A stretch of 64,000 bases of DNA from Nitrosopumilaceae archaeon (GCA_965209085.1 OZ242376.1:768001-832000); one strand, 5' to 3'. Counted from the stretch's first letter, positions 44,708 to 56,042 are shown. Made by a program: numbers and translations. Notes: generated by a model not told the origin, from the letters alone.

Positions 44708-45574
44708 CTATCCAAGCACCTGCCTTGCACCAATCTCTGTGCTAAATCCACAGATGTTTGATAGTCGATTCATATCTTGGTGCGTTATCGTGCATCTATC
44801 ATGAGCTAGTCTCAACGAATATGGATACCCTTTAAGGCTATTATTGGCAAGAGAGTTGATCAGTAATTTTATTTCAGATTCTGTATGACCGTTGCCAAAT
44901 AATTCCAGTTTTAACAGCGGACAGCAATCCGCAAGGCGTACATATAATGTTGAAATTATAGCATTAGACCCGTAACGCTCATCCTCAAATATTTTACTAA
45001 ATCCTGCATTATTGCACGCTTTACCGTAATAATAAATGTCTCCGACAGGATTTGTTTTCCCAAATTCAACTTTTGTATATGATGTTTTTGAGATAAATAC
45101 AATATTTCCAAACTTTTTCAATTTGGTAAACATCTGCCACGTTTTATCCAACTTTGCATTGAAAAACATTCCATTTGCAGCATCATGTTCTAGTATCTTG
45201 GAATGCAGAGATCCGTCCATAAGAACATGGTCCGCACTAGGTGCCACATCCCAGCACAAATCCATCTCTAATTCGCTGGCCACATGAGCTGCTCTCTCTC
45301 GTGATTTTTCAAGACCATATTTGAAAAGATCCAAACTTGTACTCCCGGATACATTGGTAGCAGACCCAGTAGACAACCAAAACTCCAATCCCTGGTATTT
45401 GGCGCTGTTGTAACTGCTATCTATCCCAACAATTTCAGACTCTGCTTTGATCGGATTGTATAAGGTCCAACGGGATTTTGCAAGATCTACTGTCTGTTTA
45501 AATTTTGAGTCATGTAATGCAGATACTAGCCTATCTTTGTTGTTAATTACGTGCTTGAATACATCCATATGCAT
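44708..45574 (-). CDS. nurA: NurA-family nuclease
   Basis: IVGIDSS, VLMDGSL, FISKTS, GYPYSLRLAHDRCTIT. Confidence 0.85.
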   Translation of the reverse strand: MHMDVFKHVINNKDRLVSALHDSKFKQTVDLAKSRWTLYNPIKAESEIVGIDSSYNSAKYQGLEFWLSTGSATNVSGSTSLDLFKYGLEKSRERAAHVASELEMDLCWDVAPSADHVLMDGSLHSKILEHDAANGMFFNAKLDKTWQMFTKLKKFGNIVFISKTSYTKVEFGKTNPVGDIYYYGKACNNAGFSKIFEDERYGSNAIISTLYVRLADCCPLLKLELFGNGHTESEIKLLINSLANNSLKGYPYSLRLAHDRCTITHQDMNRLSNICGFSTEIGARQVLG

Positions 45575-45576
45575 TA

Positions 45577-46949
45577 GAGTTTATGCATAATCAATCACTG
45601 AGACATACGGTTCCGACTATGACGCTGTCATGATCAAAGTACACATGGCCTAAAACCTTCAAGCAGACAACAAAATAAATCAAAATATCATATGCATGAC
45701 AAAAAGCAGAATATTGTGCGTGACCGTATGCACAAAGATGTGCTACTTGATTTGAGCGCAAACTTTTTCCAACGGTTCGATATACTTGCGATCCTTTAAC
45801 ATGATGTGCAGATTGGTCAGTCCTGTAACCACTTGGATTTCTGTATAAAACGCATCCATTGTATCATCATATATGGCACTCATTCTGCGGAACCATTTGA
45901 GCCGGTTTATGGCATGCTCTACTTTTATGCGCTTACGACTGATTCTCTTGCTGTATTCACGTTCCGTCTCTGTCAGCCCCTTACCCTTTGGTTTTTTGTA
46001 CGGCTGCTTTGAGATAATTCCAGGATAGTCTTTTTCCACGGACAGATATCCCTTGTCAGTATATAGCATAATTTGGCGCTCTTTTTTTGTATCAGAGTTT
46101 TTCATGCCATCGGTCCATTTGCCAAAATTTGGCGGATTACGCCGCAGTACCTCCATGTCATGTACTGAGCCATCTTCAGGTCCGCCAATGTCAAGTACCA
46201 ACCCGTCTTTGTTTGAGGTTATCTGTACGTTGTAGACGTGCCTCTTACGCTTTCCAGAGTATACTACCTCTTGGTTTTCCTGCGGTCTTTGAACCTGTAC
46301 AAACGTGGCATCAAGATACAGCTCGCCGCCGCCTCTGCCGGGTACGAATTTTTTAAACAACTCGCTTGTACGTATTGTCTGTATTGCAGCACCAATATTC
46401 TTAGCCGTTGGAAGAATATTCATCAACAATTCATCAGAAAAGGTCAGATATCTGCTAATGGTGCTCTGATCAACGCCTGCAATGGCCGCAAGCAATTCCT
46501 GTTTAGGATTGTTGCGTTTGCGGCACAGTGTGACAAACAAAATTTGAGATGCAGTGAGAATACAGGTGTTTCCAGGATCGTCGACATAATCTGAAAAGCG
46601 AGCGGTCTTGGGTGAATATTTGACAACTTTTTAGAACCGTTCTAGAATCCATTCAAACTCTTCATGGTTCATTCCGGCGTCCCGTACAAATAATTGTCAT
46701 CATTAATTATGTGGTTCAAATGTTCGTAGGCAGATTGTTGCTTTTCGACCTCATTATCATGTACCGTTTTTTTGTAGCGTTGGTTTTTGGCTTCTAGCTT
46801 GGAATTCCTCTTTTTCATTTCGGAGATTATCTCTGCCTGCCTGGAAATTACACGCTTGTCTGGGGTACACATGCTGTACGAATGTGATACTAGATCATAG
46901 ATCTTTTGATTTGTCAAAATTGATTTTTTGGTTAATTATGCATAAGGCC
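45577..46949 (-). mobile_element. IS5-family (ISL2/DDE_Tnp_4-like) element, frameshifted
   Basis: TIR (GGCC/GAGT)TTATGCATAAT, TA flanks; LDATFVQVQRP..YSGKRKRH..TDKGY..RIKVEHAI. Confidence 0.85.
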
Positions 46950-46961
46950 TAATGAATGCAG

Positions 46962-47996
46962 TTAGAGCATTTTTGAAGTAATGCATACATCGTAATTTTC
47001 CGGATTAGTAATTACATCATAAACATTTCCAGATTCATCCCCAACAAAATCCCAATGAGTGTCAAAACCAGCATCATACTCAACTATTTTTGCGTCTTTA
47101 CATGATATGCATAGTAATGACTTGGATAAAGTTGTCGAATTACCTCCTGAAACATATGCCTCACTTATGTCACCATATGTCGGAACATGCCGTATGATGG
47201 AAAGATCGTTTACTGTATTCCAAATTAATCTAAATAAAACGTGTTCAATAGAATTCAACCCCATTGAATTAGATGAATGTGCACCGTCTGCAAACCAAGG
47301 TTCCCAGCCACCAAGGAAATATTCTAACGAATTAGGAGAAATTTGTATTAAATATAATATGGGTAGGATTATTTCATCATGTTCTGTTTTTTCATAATAA
47401 TTTGTTATAACTTGTTTGATCTTTTCATCTTTAGTGCCATCACTTTTAGAACAAATTTCAGGATCCATGTGCGAAATTTCCATACTAGATGAACGAATAG
47501 GGAAAGCAATTGAAACATGATTTGGAAATATTTTATAGTTTTTATCGGATTTTTTTAATCGTTTTTCTAATAGTATGTGTTTATAAGCTATTATTTTCTT
47601 TGTAGATAATATCTCTCGAACAAGATCAGAATTAATCATTTGTTGAGCATATTTCGACATCATAAATGATGATGCATTTTCTTGCCAATCATGAGGATCC
47701 AATGTTGCCAAAGTTCTAAAAAACATTGAAGTTATAATTTTGAGAGATTTGGCATCTTTTGGCAAACTATAATGTAAAGTAGACTTACTATGATTTGGCG
47801 AGGAGATTAATTTTGAATGAAGCATGCCGTATTTTATCAATTTTTCACAAACAATTTTTGCGCCAACTCTGCTAATTTTTTTATTAGATATTTTTTCTAT
47901 CTGAGCTGGATAAAAATCTCCTTTTACACCGTATTTAAAAAAAAGATTCAATAGTAGCATTTCATTTTTATTTAAAGTTTTAATCACAATATTCAA
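46962..47996 (-). CDS. Hypothetical protein with N-terminal winged-helix-like region
   Basis: 344-aa ORF; ISRVGAKIVCEKLIKYGML..HYSL. Confidence 0.6.
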   Translation of the reverse strand: MNIVIKTLNKNEMLLLNLFFKYGVKGDFYPAQIEKISNKKISRVGAKIVCEKLIKYGMLHSKLISSPNHSKSTLHYSLPKDAKSLKIITSMFFRTLATLDPHDWQENASSFMMSKYAQQMINSDLVREILSTKKIIAYKHILLEKRLKKSDKNYKIFPNHVSIAFPIRSSSMEISHMDPEICSKSDGTKDEKIKQVITNYYEKTEHDEIILPILYLIQISPNSLEYFLGGWEPWFADGAHSSNSMGLNSIEHVLFRLIWNTVNDLSIIRHVPTYGDISEAYVSGGNSTTLSKSLLCISCKDAKIVEYDAGFDTHWDFVGDESGNVYDVITNPENYDVCITSKML

Positions 47997-48132
47997 TAGC
48001 CATTAATGTATTTTAATATTTATATATTTTAAAATTGTCTTAATTTTAACATCTGCAAGAACATATTGTAAAGTTAACTGACTTTAACTTTACAGTCATG
48101 TGATTATTATAACCCGATAATTACTGTAATGT

Positions 48133-48249
48133 ATGACCGAAATTACAAAGAAGGATGCCGCAAGGATCCAATCCCATGCAGACAAAACTGGAACAAACAA
48201 AGAATTTGCTAGTCGCATCCAGGCAGCTGCAGATAAAAAAAGCAAATAG
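48133..48249 (+). CDS. 38-aa SMP/LEA-like hydrophilic peptide (not in ORF track)
   Basis: MTEITKKDAARIQSHADKTGTNKEFASRIQAAADKKSK; internal A(A/S)RIQ repeat; TATA-like box upstream. Confidence 0.7.
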   Translation: MTEITKKDAARIQSHADKTGTNKEFASRIQAAADKKSK

Positions 48250-48254
48250 AACAT

Positions 48255-48307
48255 AAAAAAATAATGATTGATTTGCATCACATATGTAAATCAATCATAT
48301 TTTTTTT
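48255..48307 (+). terminator. Hairpin plus T-tract after small ORF
   Basis: ATGATTGATTTGCAT / ATGTAAATCAATCAT stem followed by T8. Confidence 0.6.
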
Positions 48308-48587
48308 AAATTTTTTATGAATCAAAATATATGCAGTAATGAAATAATTTAAGATTAATTTATCACATGTAGATTAGATCGTATGCATGACTGGTCCAAT
48401 TCACAATTTTTATGGATAAAAATGGCTGATTTGAACGATTATGCATACGATCTAATGATGCATACAGTAACGAATTTGAATCAAAAGTCAACATGACCGC
48501 TAGAAATAATCCAGTACGCAAATTTCACACCCAATCTCCATAGCGCAAAACTACTATAATTTTATACCCCTGAAAATTACCTATAAT

Positions 48588-49526
48588 ATGGTAAATCATG
48601 GAGGACCAGTATTGGACATTAACATATCTGAGAATACAAAAATAAGTAAAATATTTGAGGAGCTAGCTGAATCTGGAGGATTTGAATCAGTAAACATGGC
48701 CAAAGGCCTTGACATATTAGAATCAATGATAAGTGATGAAAAATGCGTTAAATTTGTCTCCTTTGTGGGCGCATTAATCTCAACTGGAATGCGAGGTATC
48801 ATAAAAGATATGATGCGCCGCAAACTCTTTGATGTTGCCATTACAACATGCGGCGCACTTGATCATGATATTGCAAGATCCGCCTCTAAATATCTAAAAG
48901 GATCGTTCACCATGGATGATTCAAAACTCCTAGATGAGGGCATTCACAGGCTTGGAAGCGTACTTGTTCCAAAAGACGTTTACGGACCTGCAATAGAGAA
49001 CATGATGCAGCCCTGGCTTGAGGATGCATACAAAGATGGCATGAAGCGTATGAATACTGCAGAGTTGTGCAAAATGATAGGCTCGCATCTTGGCGAGGAT
49101 TCTTTTCTATACTGGGCGTACAAAAACGACATACCTGTGACAGTTCCGGGAATAATGGACGGGGCTGTGGGAAGCCAGGTGTGGATGTTTTCCCAAAGAC
49201 ATCCTGATTTCATACTAGATGTAACAGGGGATGCCCAAATGCTCTCAGGCAAGGTATTTGGCGCAAAAAGCACGGGAGCTTTGATGATTGGAGGCGGCAT
49301 ATCAAAACATCACACCTTGTGGTGGAACCAGTACCGCGGAGGACTTGATTACGCCTTGTACATAACAACTGCAAACGAGTTTGACGGCAGCTTGAGCGGT
49401 GCAAAGGTAAGGGAGGCAATATCATGGGGCAAGGTTACAAAAACTGCAAAACAGACTACAATAACAGCAGAAGCTACTGCAGTGCTTCCTTTTTTATATT
49501 CAGCACTGCTCTCAAAAATCTCCTAA
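48588..49526 (+). CDS. dys: Deoxyhypusine synthase
   Basis: ISTGMRG, TTCGALDHD, MIGGGISKHH, FDGSLSGA..EAISWGK. Confidence 0.95.
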   Translation: MVNHGGPVLDINISENTKISKIFEELAESGGFESVNMAKGLDILESMISDEKCVKFVSFVGALISTGMRGIIKDMMRRKLFDVAITTCGALDHDIARSASKYLKGSFTMDDSKLLDEGIHRLGSVLVPKDVYGPAIENMMQPWLEDAYKDGMKRMNTAELCKMIGSHLGEDSFLYWAYKNDIPVTVPGIMDGAVGSQVWMFSQRHPDFILDVTGDAQMLSGKVFGAKSTGALMIGGGISKHHTLWWNQYRGGLDYALYITTANEFDGSLSGAKVREAISWGKVTKTAKQTTITAEATAVLPFLYSALLSKIS

Positions 49527-50815
49527 GATTGCACAGTATATGATACGCCGGTCAGGGAGCGCAGTTTTTTCTGCAAAAGTGATATGATTTCAGGTATTTT
49601 CCGCAGTGCTGATTCAGACTCCTCACGCATGCTCTCTGTACGGGTTATCTGATCATCTAGGCGCCGTTTTTCACGCAGTACTGATGATTCAAGTGATTCA
49701 AGGTCTTTTACACTAAATAATTTTGCAACCTCTGCTGTAAGCCCCTCACGCTCTGATTTTAAAACATTGTATGATTTTGCAAATTCTGGAATTTGCGATA
49801 AAATCTCATCTATTGCAGCAGATGACCTATCTGAATCCTTGACCGATACTGTACCTCCCACGACACCGGCACGAACAGTAGAGAGTATCGACTGTATATC
49901 CTGTACGCTTCCCTTGTGCATGGCAAGGTAGGGATCTTTGCACAAAATCCCAAGCAGTATCTTGCGTTCTTTATCCATGGCAGAAACGTATTCGTATTTT
50001 GCAAGCGGACGTGATATTTTGGTAAACTGTTCGTTGATACGTTTTCTCTCATTTTGCACAAGCTCATCATGTGCATCAAGTTTTTTGCAGCCATCAAGAT
50101 ATGCTGCATAATTTTCCCCAGCTTTCATCTCTGAGATATTTTTTAGAGTTTTTTGCACCAAATCCTGAATTTGTGCACTCTCCTTTTTTGCCTCTTTAAC
50201 CCTGTAATTTTTGGATTTTGAGGTTTCATTCAAATTCTCTATCTCTTTTAATCCTGCAATTATATCTGATGCATCCTTTTCTTGCGCAATGTTCTCTTTT
50301 GATAATTTGGAAGCTAGATTGAACGCTGACTCTAGCTCTTTCATGATGTTTTTTATGCGGTCTGCATATTTTTTTGCAAACAAGTTGATTACGCGGCTGT
50401 GGCGTCCAAGGGCATCCCCCGTACGTTTTATTCTGCGTCCTGCATCAGCGACGAATTTTTCAACATCCTCTGATTTTGAAATTTTCTCCATGGGTTTTCC
50501 TGACTCTTCTTTTACAATTTTTATTACCTGTTTTTTACCCCTCTGCACGATTATTCTGATATTGCGGTCAACATCATCTATCTTGAGATCGTCCCCGTCA
50601 AGCTTTGAAATTATTTTTGCAAGATCTGCAAAAAGATTGCCCATCTTTGAATGCAGTGCACTAGTTTCAGATACGAGTGTTTTTGAGCGTACCTTGAGCG
50701 CATCCTCAAGAACCTCTGGCACATCATTTAGATCCACTGCGCGTTCCATTTTTGGCGCCTCTTTTCGCGCCTGATCCCTGTTTTTTTTGCCCCACCCAAA
50801 TACCATATTGCACAT
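49523..50815 (-). CDS. Coiled-coil hypothetical protein
   Basis: Long helical ORF with core-like composition; MVFGWGKK start. Confidence 0.7.
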   Translation of the reverse strand: MCNMVFGWGKKNRDQARKEAPKMERAVDLNDVPEVLEDALKVRSKTLVSETSALHSKMGNLFADLAKIISKLDGDDLKIDDVDRNIRIIVQRGKKQVIKIVKEESGKPMEKISKSEDVEKFVADAGRRIKRTGDALGRHSRVINLFAKKYADRIKNIMKELESAFNLASKLSKENIAQEKDASDIIAGLKEIENLNETSKSKNYRVKEAKKESAQIQDLVQKTLKNISEMKAGENYAAYLDGCKKLDAHDELVQNERKRINEQFTKISRPLAKYEYVSAMDKERKILLGILCKDPYLAMHKGSVQDIQSILSTVRAGVVGGTVSVKDSDRSSAAIDEILSQIPEFAKSYNVLKSEREGLTAEVAKLFSVKDLESLESSVLREKRRLDDQITRTESMREESESALRKIPEIISLLQKKLRSLTGVSYTVQS

Positions 50816-50954
50816 ATGAAATTTGAGTTGATTAAAACGTTAAGACATAACACATACTTGCGCACGAATAAAGACTAAATGACGCAATGTTGTTTCCTGC
50901 ACTGTCGCATACTCTTGACATTGCATACTAAATTTGCCCCATATTATACAAGAT

Positions 50955-51494
50955 ATGGACATCCTTGCAATCGTACAGGAGCATGCGTTAGAGTCAGCAC
51001 TGATAGTTTTAGGAGCTGGCATTTTACAGGGTGCAGTCCTAGCTAGAGGGGTACGAAACAGATTTCCAAGACTAAAGCGGCATACAAGGTCAGTCTCTGC
51101 TGTATTTTTGATACTGCTCTCCATTAGTGCCATGGTAAACATTGTAAAATTTGCAAATCCTGAAAAATACGAATTTGTAGTGCCTGAAAATTTTAGTGCT
51201 GATTCTCTTTCACATGCAATAATCTCGCTGATTGGACTTGACGGCAGCCTTGCATCATCTTTCCTAATCCTACTCTCAGTAACGGTTTTTCTGATATTTC
51301 GCACCGCACGACTGCATAAAGTGACGCGTTATTTCATATTTGCATTAAGTGTGGTGACATTTGGACTGTTCTTGGCGGCAAGGTTTACGGATTTTATTCC
51401 AAATGCTTTGCAACTTTTACTATATGCTGTATATCAGGCAGGAATTGCACTTGGTGCGTTTGCAGTATCAAAAAGAGGCGTTAAAGAGGGATGA
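50955..51494 (+). CDS. Multi-pass membrane protein
   Basis: About five TM segments; ATG 50955 preferred over TTG 50934. Confidence 0.65.
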   Translation: MDILAIVQEHALESALIVLGAGILQGAVLARGVRNRFPRLKRHTRSVSAVFLILLSISAMVNIVKFANPEKYEFVVPENFSADSLSHAIISLIGLDGSLASSFLILLSVTVFLIFRTARLHKVTRYFIFALSVVTFGLFLAARFTDFIPNALQLLLYAVYQAGIALGAFAVSKRGVKEG

Positions 51495-51495
51495 T

Positions 51496-52344
51496 TTACT
51501 CGTATGAGGGTGGAGCCTTGCCCATCTTTTCTCCAGTTATCATCTCGTATACTGCCACATACCTTTGACTCATCTTTGATATGATCTCATCTGGTATGGT
51601 TGGAGGCACCGGCGTTTTTCCAGCATCGCGTTCTTTGAGAAATCTATCTGCGTGACCGTTTTCTGCAAGCCAGTCTCGCAGAATCTGCTTATCATATGAT
51701 TCCTGTATCTTTCCTTCCTGATATGATTCTGCGGGCCACAATCTGCACTCGTCTGGACCTATGCTGTCTGCAAGTTTTACCTCCCCATCTAATTTGCCAA
51801 ATTCCAGTTTTAAATCCGCGAGGATAAATCCTGCATCACCTGTGATTTTTGACATTTCCTCGTATACGCTGATGGTTTTCTTTTCAAGATCATCATATTC
51901 TGCACCGGTGAGGAGTCCTTTTGAAACTGCTGTTTTTTTATCAATGGGTATGTCATGTTTCTCTTTTGTACTTGGATCAAAGATTGGTACGGGCAGCTTT
52001 GAGGCCAATACGTTACTGGCACCTTTTGGCAAAACTATTTGACCGGATTTTACCCTGGAGGCATAGCTGCCGTATACGTATCCTCTCACCACGCATTCCA
52101 TGGGAATCATTTCCAACTGTTCCACTGTAATTTCAGTTGCAGACTGTCTTTCCACAAAGTGGTTTGGAACTGTAATCTTTGAAAACCAGTATTCTGCAAA
52201 CTTGCAGAGCACCTCGCCTTTTCTTGGTATATCCTGTATGAATTCCACATCGTACGCGGACACGCGGTCGCTAAATCTGAAAACAAGGTTCCCATCGTTT
52301 AGATCGTAAATGTCCTTTACCTTGCCGGATGAGAGAAACTGCAT
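51496..52344 (-). CDS. purC: SAICAR synthase
   Basis: [47 protein letters not shown]. Confidence 0.96.
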   Translation of the reverse strand: MQFLSSGKVKDIYDLNDGNLVFRFSDRVSAYDVEFIQDIPRKGEVLCKFAEYWFSKITVPNHFVERQSATEITVEQLEMIPMECVVRGYVYGSYASRVKSGQIVLPKGASNVLASKLPVPIFDPSTKEKHDIPIDKKTAVSKGLLTGAEYDDLEKKTISVYEEMSKITGDAGFILADLKLEFGKLDGEVKLADSIGPDECRLWPAESYQEGKIQESYDKQILRDWLAENGHADRFLKERDAGKTPVPPTIPDEIISKMSQRYVAVYEMITGEKMGKAPPSYE

Positions 52345-52583
52345 GATGTAATTGGAGGTGTTTGCACATTTAACTGATCATAAGATGTGCGATCGGTTTG
52401 AGATGTATAATTTTTGAATTTGTTTATCTTGGTATGCGAATACGGTATGGTGATACATGACTGATACAACTGGCCACATTATGGACATGTGAATCGTTTT
52501 ACCATCATGCACCTGCCAAACGCACCAATAACGCCTGCATGAGCGTCTAGAATTAATTACCTCTTATTGAGGAACATCAAAGT

Positions 52584-53399
52584 ATGAAGAAAATAGGTCT
52601 GCTTGGGTGCGGTGCTATAGGAGCTCAAATTGCACATGCAATTGATTCTGGTGAAATTCAGGCAAAACTTGTCTCAGTGTACGATCAGGATACTGAGCGG
52701 GCAAACGCCCTGGTGGCAAAGTTGTCAAAAAAACCGCGCTTGGCACAAAACGCCCACATGCTTTCATCTGAAAACGTTGACCTTGTAGTGGAAGCTGCAT
52801 CCCAGGATGCTGTACGGAGTGTGGCACTTAGCGTTTTACAAAACCGCAGAGATTTGATGATAATGAGCTCAGGCGCATTACTTGATGAATCAGTGTTTGA
52901 TGTACTCCAGGATGCATGCGCTGAATTTAACTGCACCATATACCTGCCATCCGGTGCCATAGCTGGAATCGATGCCATAAAGTCTGTAAAATCCGAGCTT
53001 GAATCAGTCTCGCTTGTAACCACAAAACCTCCAGCATCGCTTGCATCAGCCCCGTTTGTTATAAAATCTAAAATAAACCTCAAATCTATAACAAAACCTC
53101 TCACAGTATTTGAGGGCAATGCAGTAGATGCTGTACGGGGATTTCCAACAAACATAAACGTGGCAGCACTACTCTCAATAGCCGGCCTTGGAGCAAAAAC
53201 ACGCGTAAAAATAATAGCAGATCCTTTGGCCACTGAAAACTCGCATACGATAAATGCCACCGGCTCCTTTGGAACCATATCCATAAGCGTGCACAACAAA
53301 CCTGACTCACAAAACCCAAAGACCAGCCGCATGGCAGTCCTCTCGGCCATACAGTGCCTCAGGCAGATCTGCTCATCAGGCGTAAATTTAGGCACATAA
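52584..53399 (+). CDS. nadX: L-aspartate dehydrogenase
   Basis: GCGAIG, VEAAS, PSGAIAGID, FPTNINVAA, NPKTS; next to nadA. Confidence 0.94.
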   Translation: MKKIGLLGCGAIGAQIAHAIDSGEIQAKLVSVYDQDTERANALVAKLSKKPRLAQNAHMLSSENVDLVVEAASQDAVRSVALSVLQNRRDLMIMSSGALLDESVFDVLQDACAEFNCTIYLPSGAIAGIDAIKSVKSELESVSLVTTKPPASLASAPFVIKSKINLKSITKPLTVFEGNAVDAVRGFPTNINVAALLSIAGLGAKTRVKIIADPLATENSHTINATGSFGTISISVHNKPDSQNPKTSRMAVLSAIQCLRQICSSGVNLGT

Positions 53400-53474
53400 T
53401 ATACTGCATATAAAATACGTCCAAATCCGGCACGCGATTGATTTATTTAAATCGACTATAATCCAAATACGGAC

Positions 53475-54431
53475 ATGATGCAAGTACAGATTGCAAATTT
53501 GCGTGAAAAAGTGGAGGATTTGAAAAAATCCAAAAACGCCATTATTTTAGCACATAATTATCAGATTCCAGAGGTACAGGATGTGGCCGACTATGTGGGC
53601 GATTCTTTGGGGTTGGCACGCAAAGCTGCCAGCGTAAAACACGAGAGGATTGTTTTCTGCGGCGTGCATTTTATGGCAGAGACTGCATCCATACTGTGTC
53701 CTGAGAAAAAAGTGCTCATACCTGATATTGAAGCTGGATGCTCTTTATCTGATTCAATAACCGTAAAAGAGATGCGCGAGTGGAAAAAACGTCATCCGGA
53801 TGCAATCTCTGTAGGATACGTCAATACAACAGCTGAGATTAAAGCTGAACTTGACTATTGCTGCACCTCTTCAAACGCAGTCAAAGTGGTCCAGTCCATA
53901 CCAAAAGATAAAGAAGTGCTGTTTTTACCGGACATGTTTCTTGGCTCATACGTTGCAAAGGTGACGGGGAGAAAAAATATGCGCATATGGGCAGGCGAAT
54001 GCCACGTGCATGCGGGAATTACGGCAAAAGATGTGCAGGAAAAACTTGATACAGTACCTGGCGCTGAATTTTTAATCCACCCTGAATGCAGCTGCACATC
54101 ATCCATTTTGTATGATGTAGCAGCTGGCGGATACAAGGGAAGAAATGTCGGGATATACTCTACTGAAGGCATGATGAAGCGCGCATCTAAATCTAAGGCT
54201 AAAAAATTCATCGTTGCAACTGAAACTGGAATTTTACACCGCATGCGGGAGCAAAACCCGGGAAAAACATTCATGGCAGCTTCTGATAAAGCTGAATGCC
54301 AGTACATGAAGATGATAAATTTGCGCAAAGTGTATGATTCACTAGTATATGACAAGTATGAAATCAAAGTTCCAAAAGAGATTGCACTTAAAGCCCGCAA
54401 AGCAATAGATAAAATGATGCAAATATGCTAG
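53475..54431 (+). CDS. nadA: Quinolinate synthase
   Basis: ILAHNYQ, GDSL, FCGVHFMAE, GECHVH, HPEC, CQYMK. Confidence 0.96.
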   Translation: MMQVQIANLREKVEDLKKSKNAIILAHNYQIPEVQDVADYVGDSLGLARKAASVKHERIVFCGVHFMAETASILCPEKKVLIPDIEAGCSLSDSITVKEMREWKKRHPDAISVGYVNTTAEIKAELDYCCTSSNAVKVVQSIPKDKEVLFLPDMFLGSYVAKVTGRKNMRIWAGECHVHAGITAKDVQEKLDTVPGAEFLIHPECSCTSSILYDVAAGGYKGRNVGIYSTEGMMKRASKSKAKKFIVATETGILHRMREQNPGKTFMAASDKAECQYMKMINLRKVYDSLVYDKYEIKVPKEIALKARKAIDKMMQIC

Positions 54432-55255
54432 GATAAAATCTCCAAACTCAAATCTATTGCCGGAGCTGAGGATGTAATCTGACCTGATGATATGGCATCA
54501 ACTCCAGTCTTTGCATATGATGCTGCATTCTTTACAGTGATCCCACCTGATACCTCTATTGTAAGATTTTTACGTACGTTTGCCTTTTGCAGCATTTTCA
54601 CAGCGATTGCCGCACCTCTGGGGGTGAAATTATCAAGCAATACGGCACTGGCCCCGCACTTTGCAGCAATTACTGCCGAGCTTGCATCCTCCACTTCCAC
54701 CTGGATTTTTTTATGTCCTCTTTTCCTAGCTAACAGTACTAGCTCCTCAATACCATACCCTGAATCCAAATGATTATCTTTTATCATTACAGACGAGTTT
54801 AGGGACATTCTATGCCTAAACCCCCCTCCTGCCACCACTGCCTCTTTGTCAAAAAAACGCAGTCCTGGAGCGGTTTTTCTTGTAGCATATACTGCCGGAC
54901 CGCCTGCCGGAATTGATGATATCATCTTTTTTGTCATTGTTGCAATCCCGCTCATACGCGATGCAAGATTCAATGCCGTCCGCTCGCATTTTAAAACACG
55001 CTTTGCCTGACCCGTAACTGACACGATACAAGAGCCAGCTTTGATCTCTTTGCCTTCGCGCACTAACGCACGTGCACTGCATCCACCGATTGAAAATATT
55101 TTGGCAGCATATGATGCGCCAGATATTACAGCTACCTCGCGCGTTATAATTTTAGCTGAGATTTTTCCAGTCCCCAAAAGTGCGCAAGTTACATCGCCCT
55201 TTGATACATCTTCGGCAAGAAACCTCCGCAGACGCACCGCAAGGCTTGAATCCAA
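54428..55255 (-). CDS. nadC: Quinolinate phosphoribosyltransferase
   Basis: ERTALN, TRKTAPGLR, MIKDNH, VEVE, LLDNF, EVSGGI. Confidence 0.96.
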   Translation of the reverse strand: MDSSLAVRLRRFLAEDVSKGDVTCALLGTGKISAKIITREVAVISGASYAAKIFSIGGCSARALVREGKEIKAGSCIVSVTGQAKRVLKCERTALNLASRMSGIATMTKKMISSIPAGGPAVYATRKTAPGLRFFDKEAVVAGGGFRHRMSLNSSVMIKDNHLDSGYGIEELVLLARKRGHKKIQVEVEDASSAVIAAKCGASAVLLDNFTPRGAAIAVKMLQKANVRKNLTIEVSGGITVKNAASYAKTGVDAISSGQITSSAPAIDLSLEILS

Positions 55256-55256
55256 T

Positions 55257-55445
55257 CTATATTACCTTTAGGGCGTATTTTCCCTTTGTAGTTATCCCAA
55301 GCGTCTTTGCAATGTGCGATGTACCAGGTTCGACAATCAAAACAATGCCGTTCCAGTTTGGCGTAAGATCTGATGATTTGCATGCAGGACATATTTTTGC
55401 GGGGGTAATACACTTGCATTTTCTGCAGGCCATCTCCCGTGCCAT
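55257..55445 (-). CDS. spt4: Transcription elongation factor Spt4 (RpoE2)
   Basis: ACRKC..CPAC..WNG..S.IA..LGI..GKYALKV; follows rpoE1. Confidence 0.93.
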   Translation of the reverse strand: MAREMACRKCKCITPAKICPACKSSDLTPNWNGIVLIVEPGTSHIAKTLGITTKGKYALKVI

Positions 55446-56042
55446 TTATTTTTTCACCTTTTTTGGTGCGGCTTTTTCAACAGGTTTTGGCTTGCCGATA
55501 TTTTTTATCTCCTCTTTTATCCACTCATCAGCGCCCAAAAACGGCTGCCTGCATGTAATGCCAATTTTACCCATCGATGCGCCTTTGCCCAAAGAGACTG
55601 CCGTAATTCGAGTACGCATCATATTTCCGGCTCTTAATGTGCGGCCGCTTTGATTTGCAAGTATGATTCCAGATTTTGGATCACTCTTCAAATAATCATC
55701 CATCACCTGCGAGAGGTGCAGCAGGGCATCAGTTGGTCCTATGCGGACAAATGCGCCAAAGTCTGTAACATCTATAATCTCACCGCGCACAATTTCCTGC
55801 ATTTTTGGATAAAACGTTAACGCTTCAAATTCGGCCCTGTGAAAAGTGCCCCCGTCGCCGGCAACCATGCGGCCCATCTCTTCAACTTTGGCATCCATTA
55901 TCATAATTATATATCCAAGATCCGCACTGACCATGCTCTCGTATTTTTCCTTTAGTATGTTGATTGCCGCCTTTTTGAGTGTGGTTCCAAACAGACTCGG
56001 CGGTATGCGTACCACGTCAACAAGCGTTGATATTGAAAACAA
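55446..56042 (-). CDS. rpoE1: RNA polymerase subunit Rpo7 (RpoE1)
   Basis: DVVRIPP, GDGG, S1 domain FGAFVRIGP.DALLH.SQ, RQPFLG. Confidence 0.95.
   Translation of the reverse strand: MFSISTLVDVVRIPPSLFGTTLKKAAINILKEKYESMVSADLGYIIMIMDAKVEEMGRMVAGDGGTFHRAEFEALTFYPKMQEIVRGEIIDVTDFGAFVRIGPTDALLHLSQVMDDYLKSDPKSGIILANQSGRTLRAGNMMRTRITAVSLGKGASMGKIGITCRQPFLGADEWIKEEIKNIGKPKPVEKAAPKKVKK

Noticed and set aside
48500-48565. Right-hand GGTTCTGT end closing the island near dys
   Set aside because: Only AAATTTCACACC matches; no recognisable ACAGAACC terminus or TTTGACCG.
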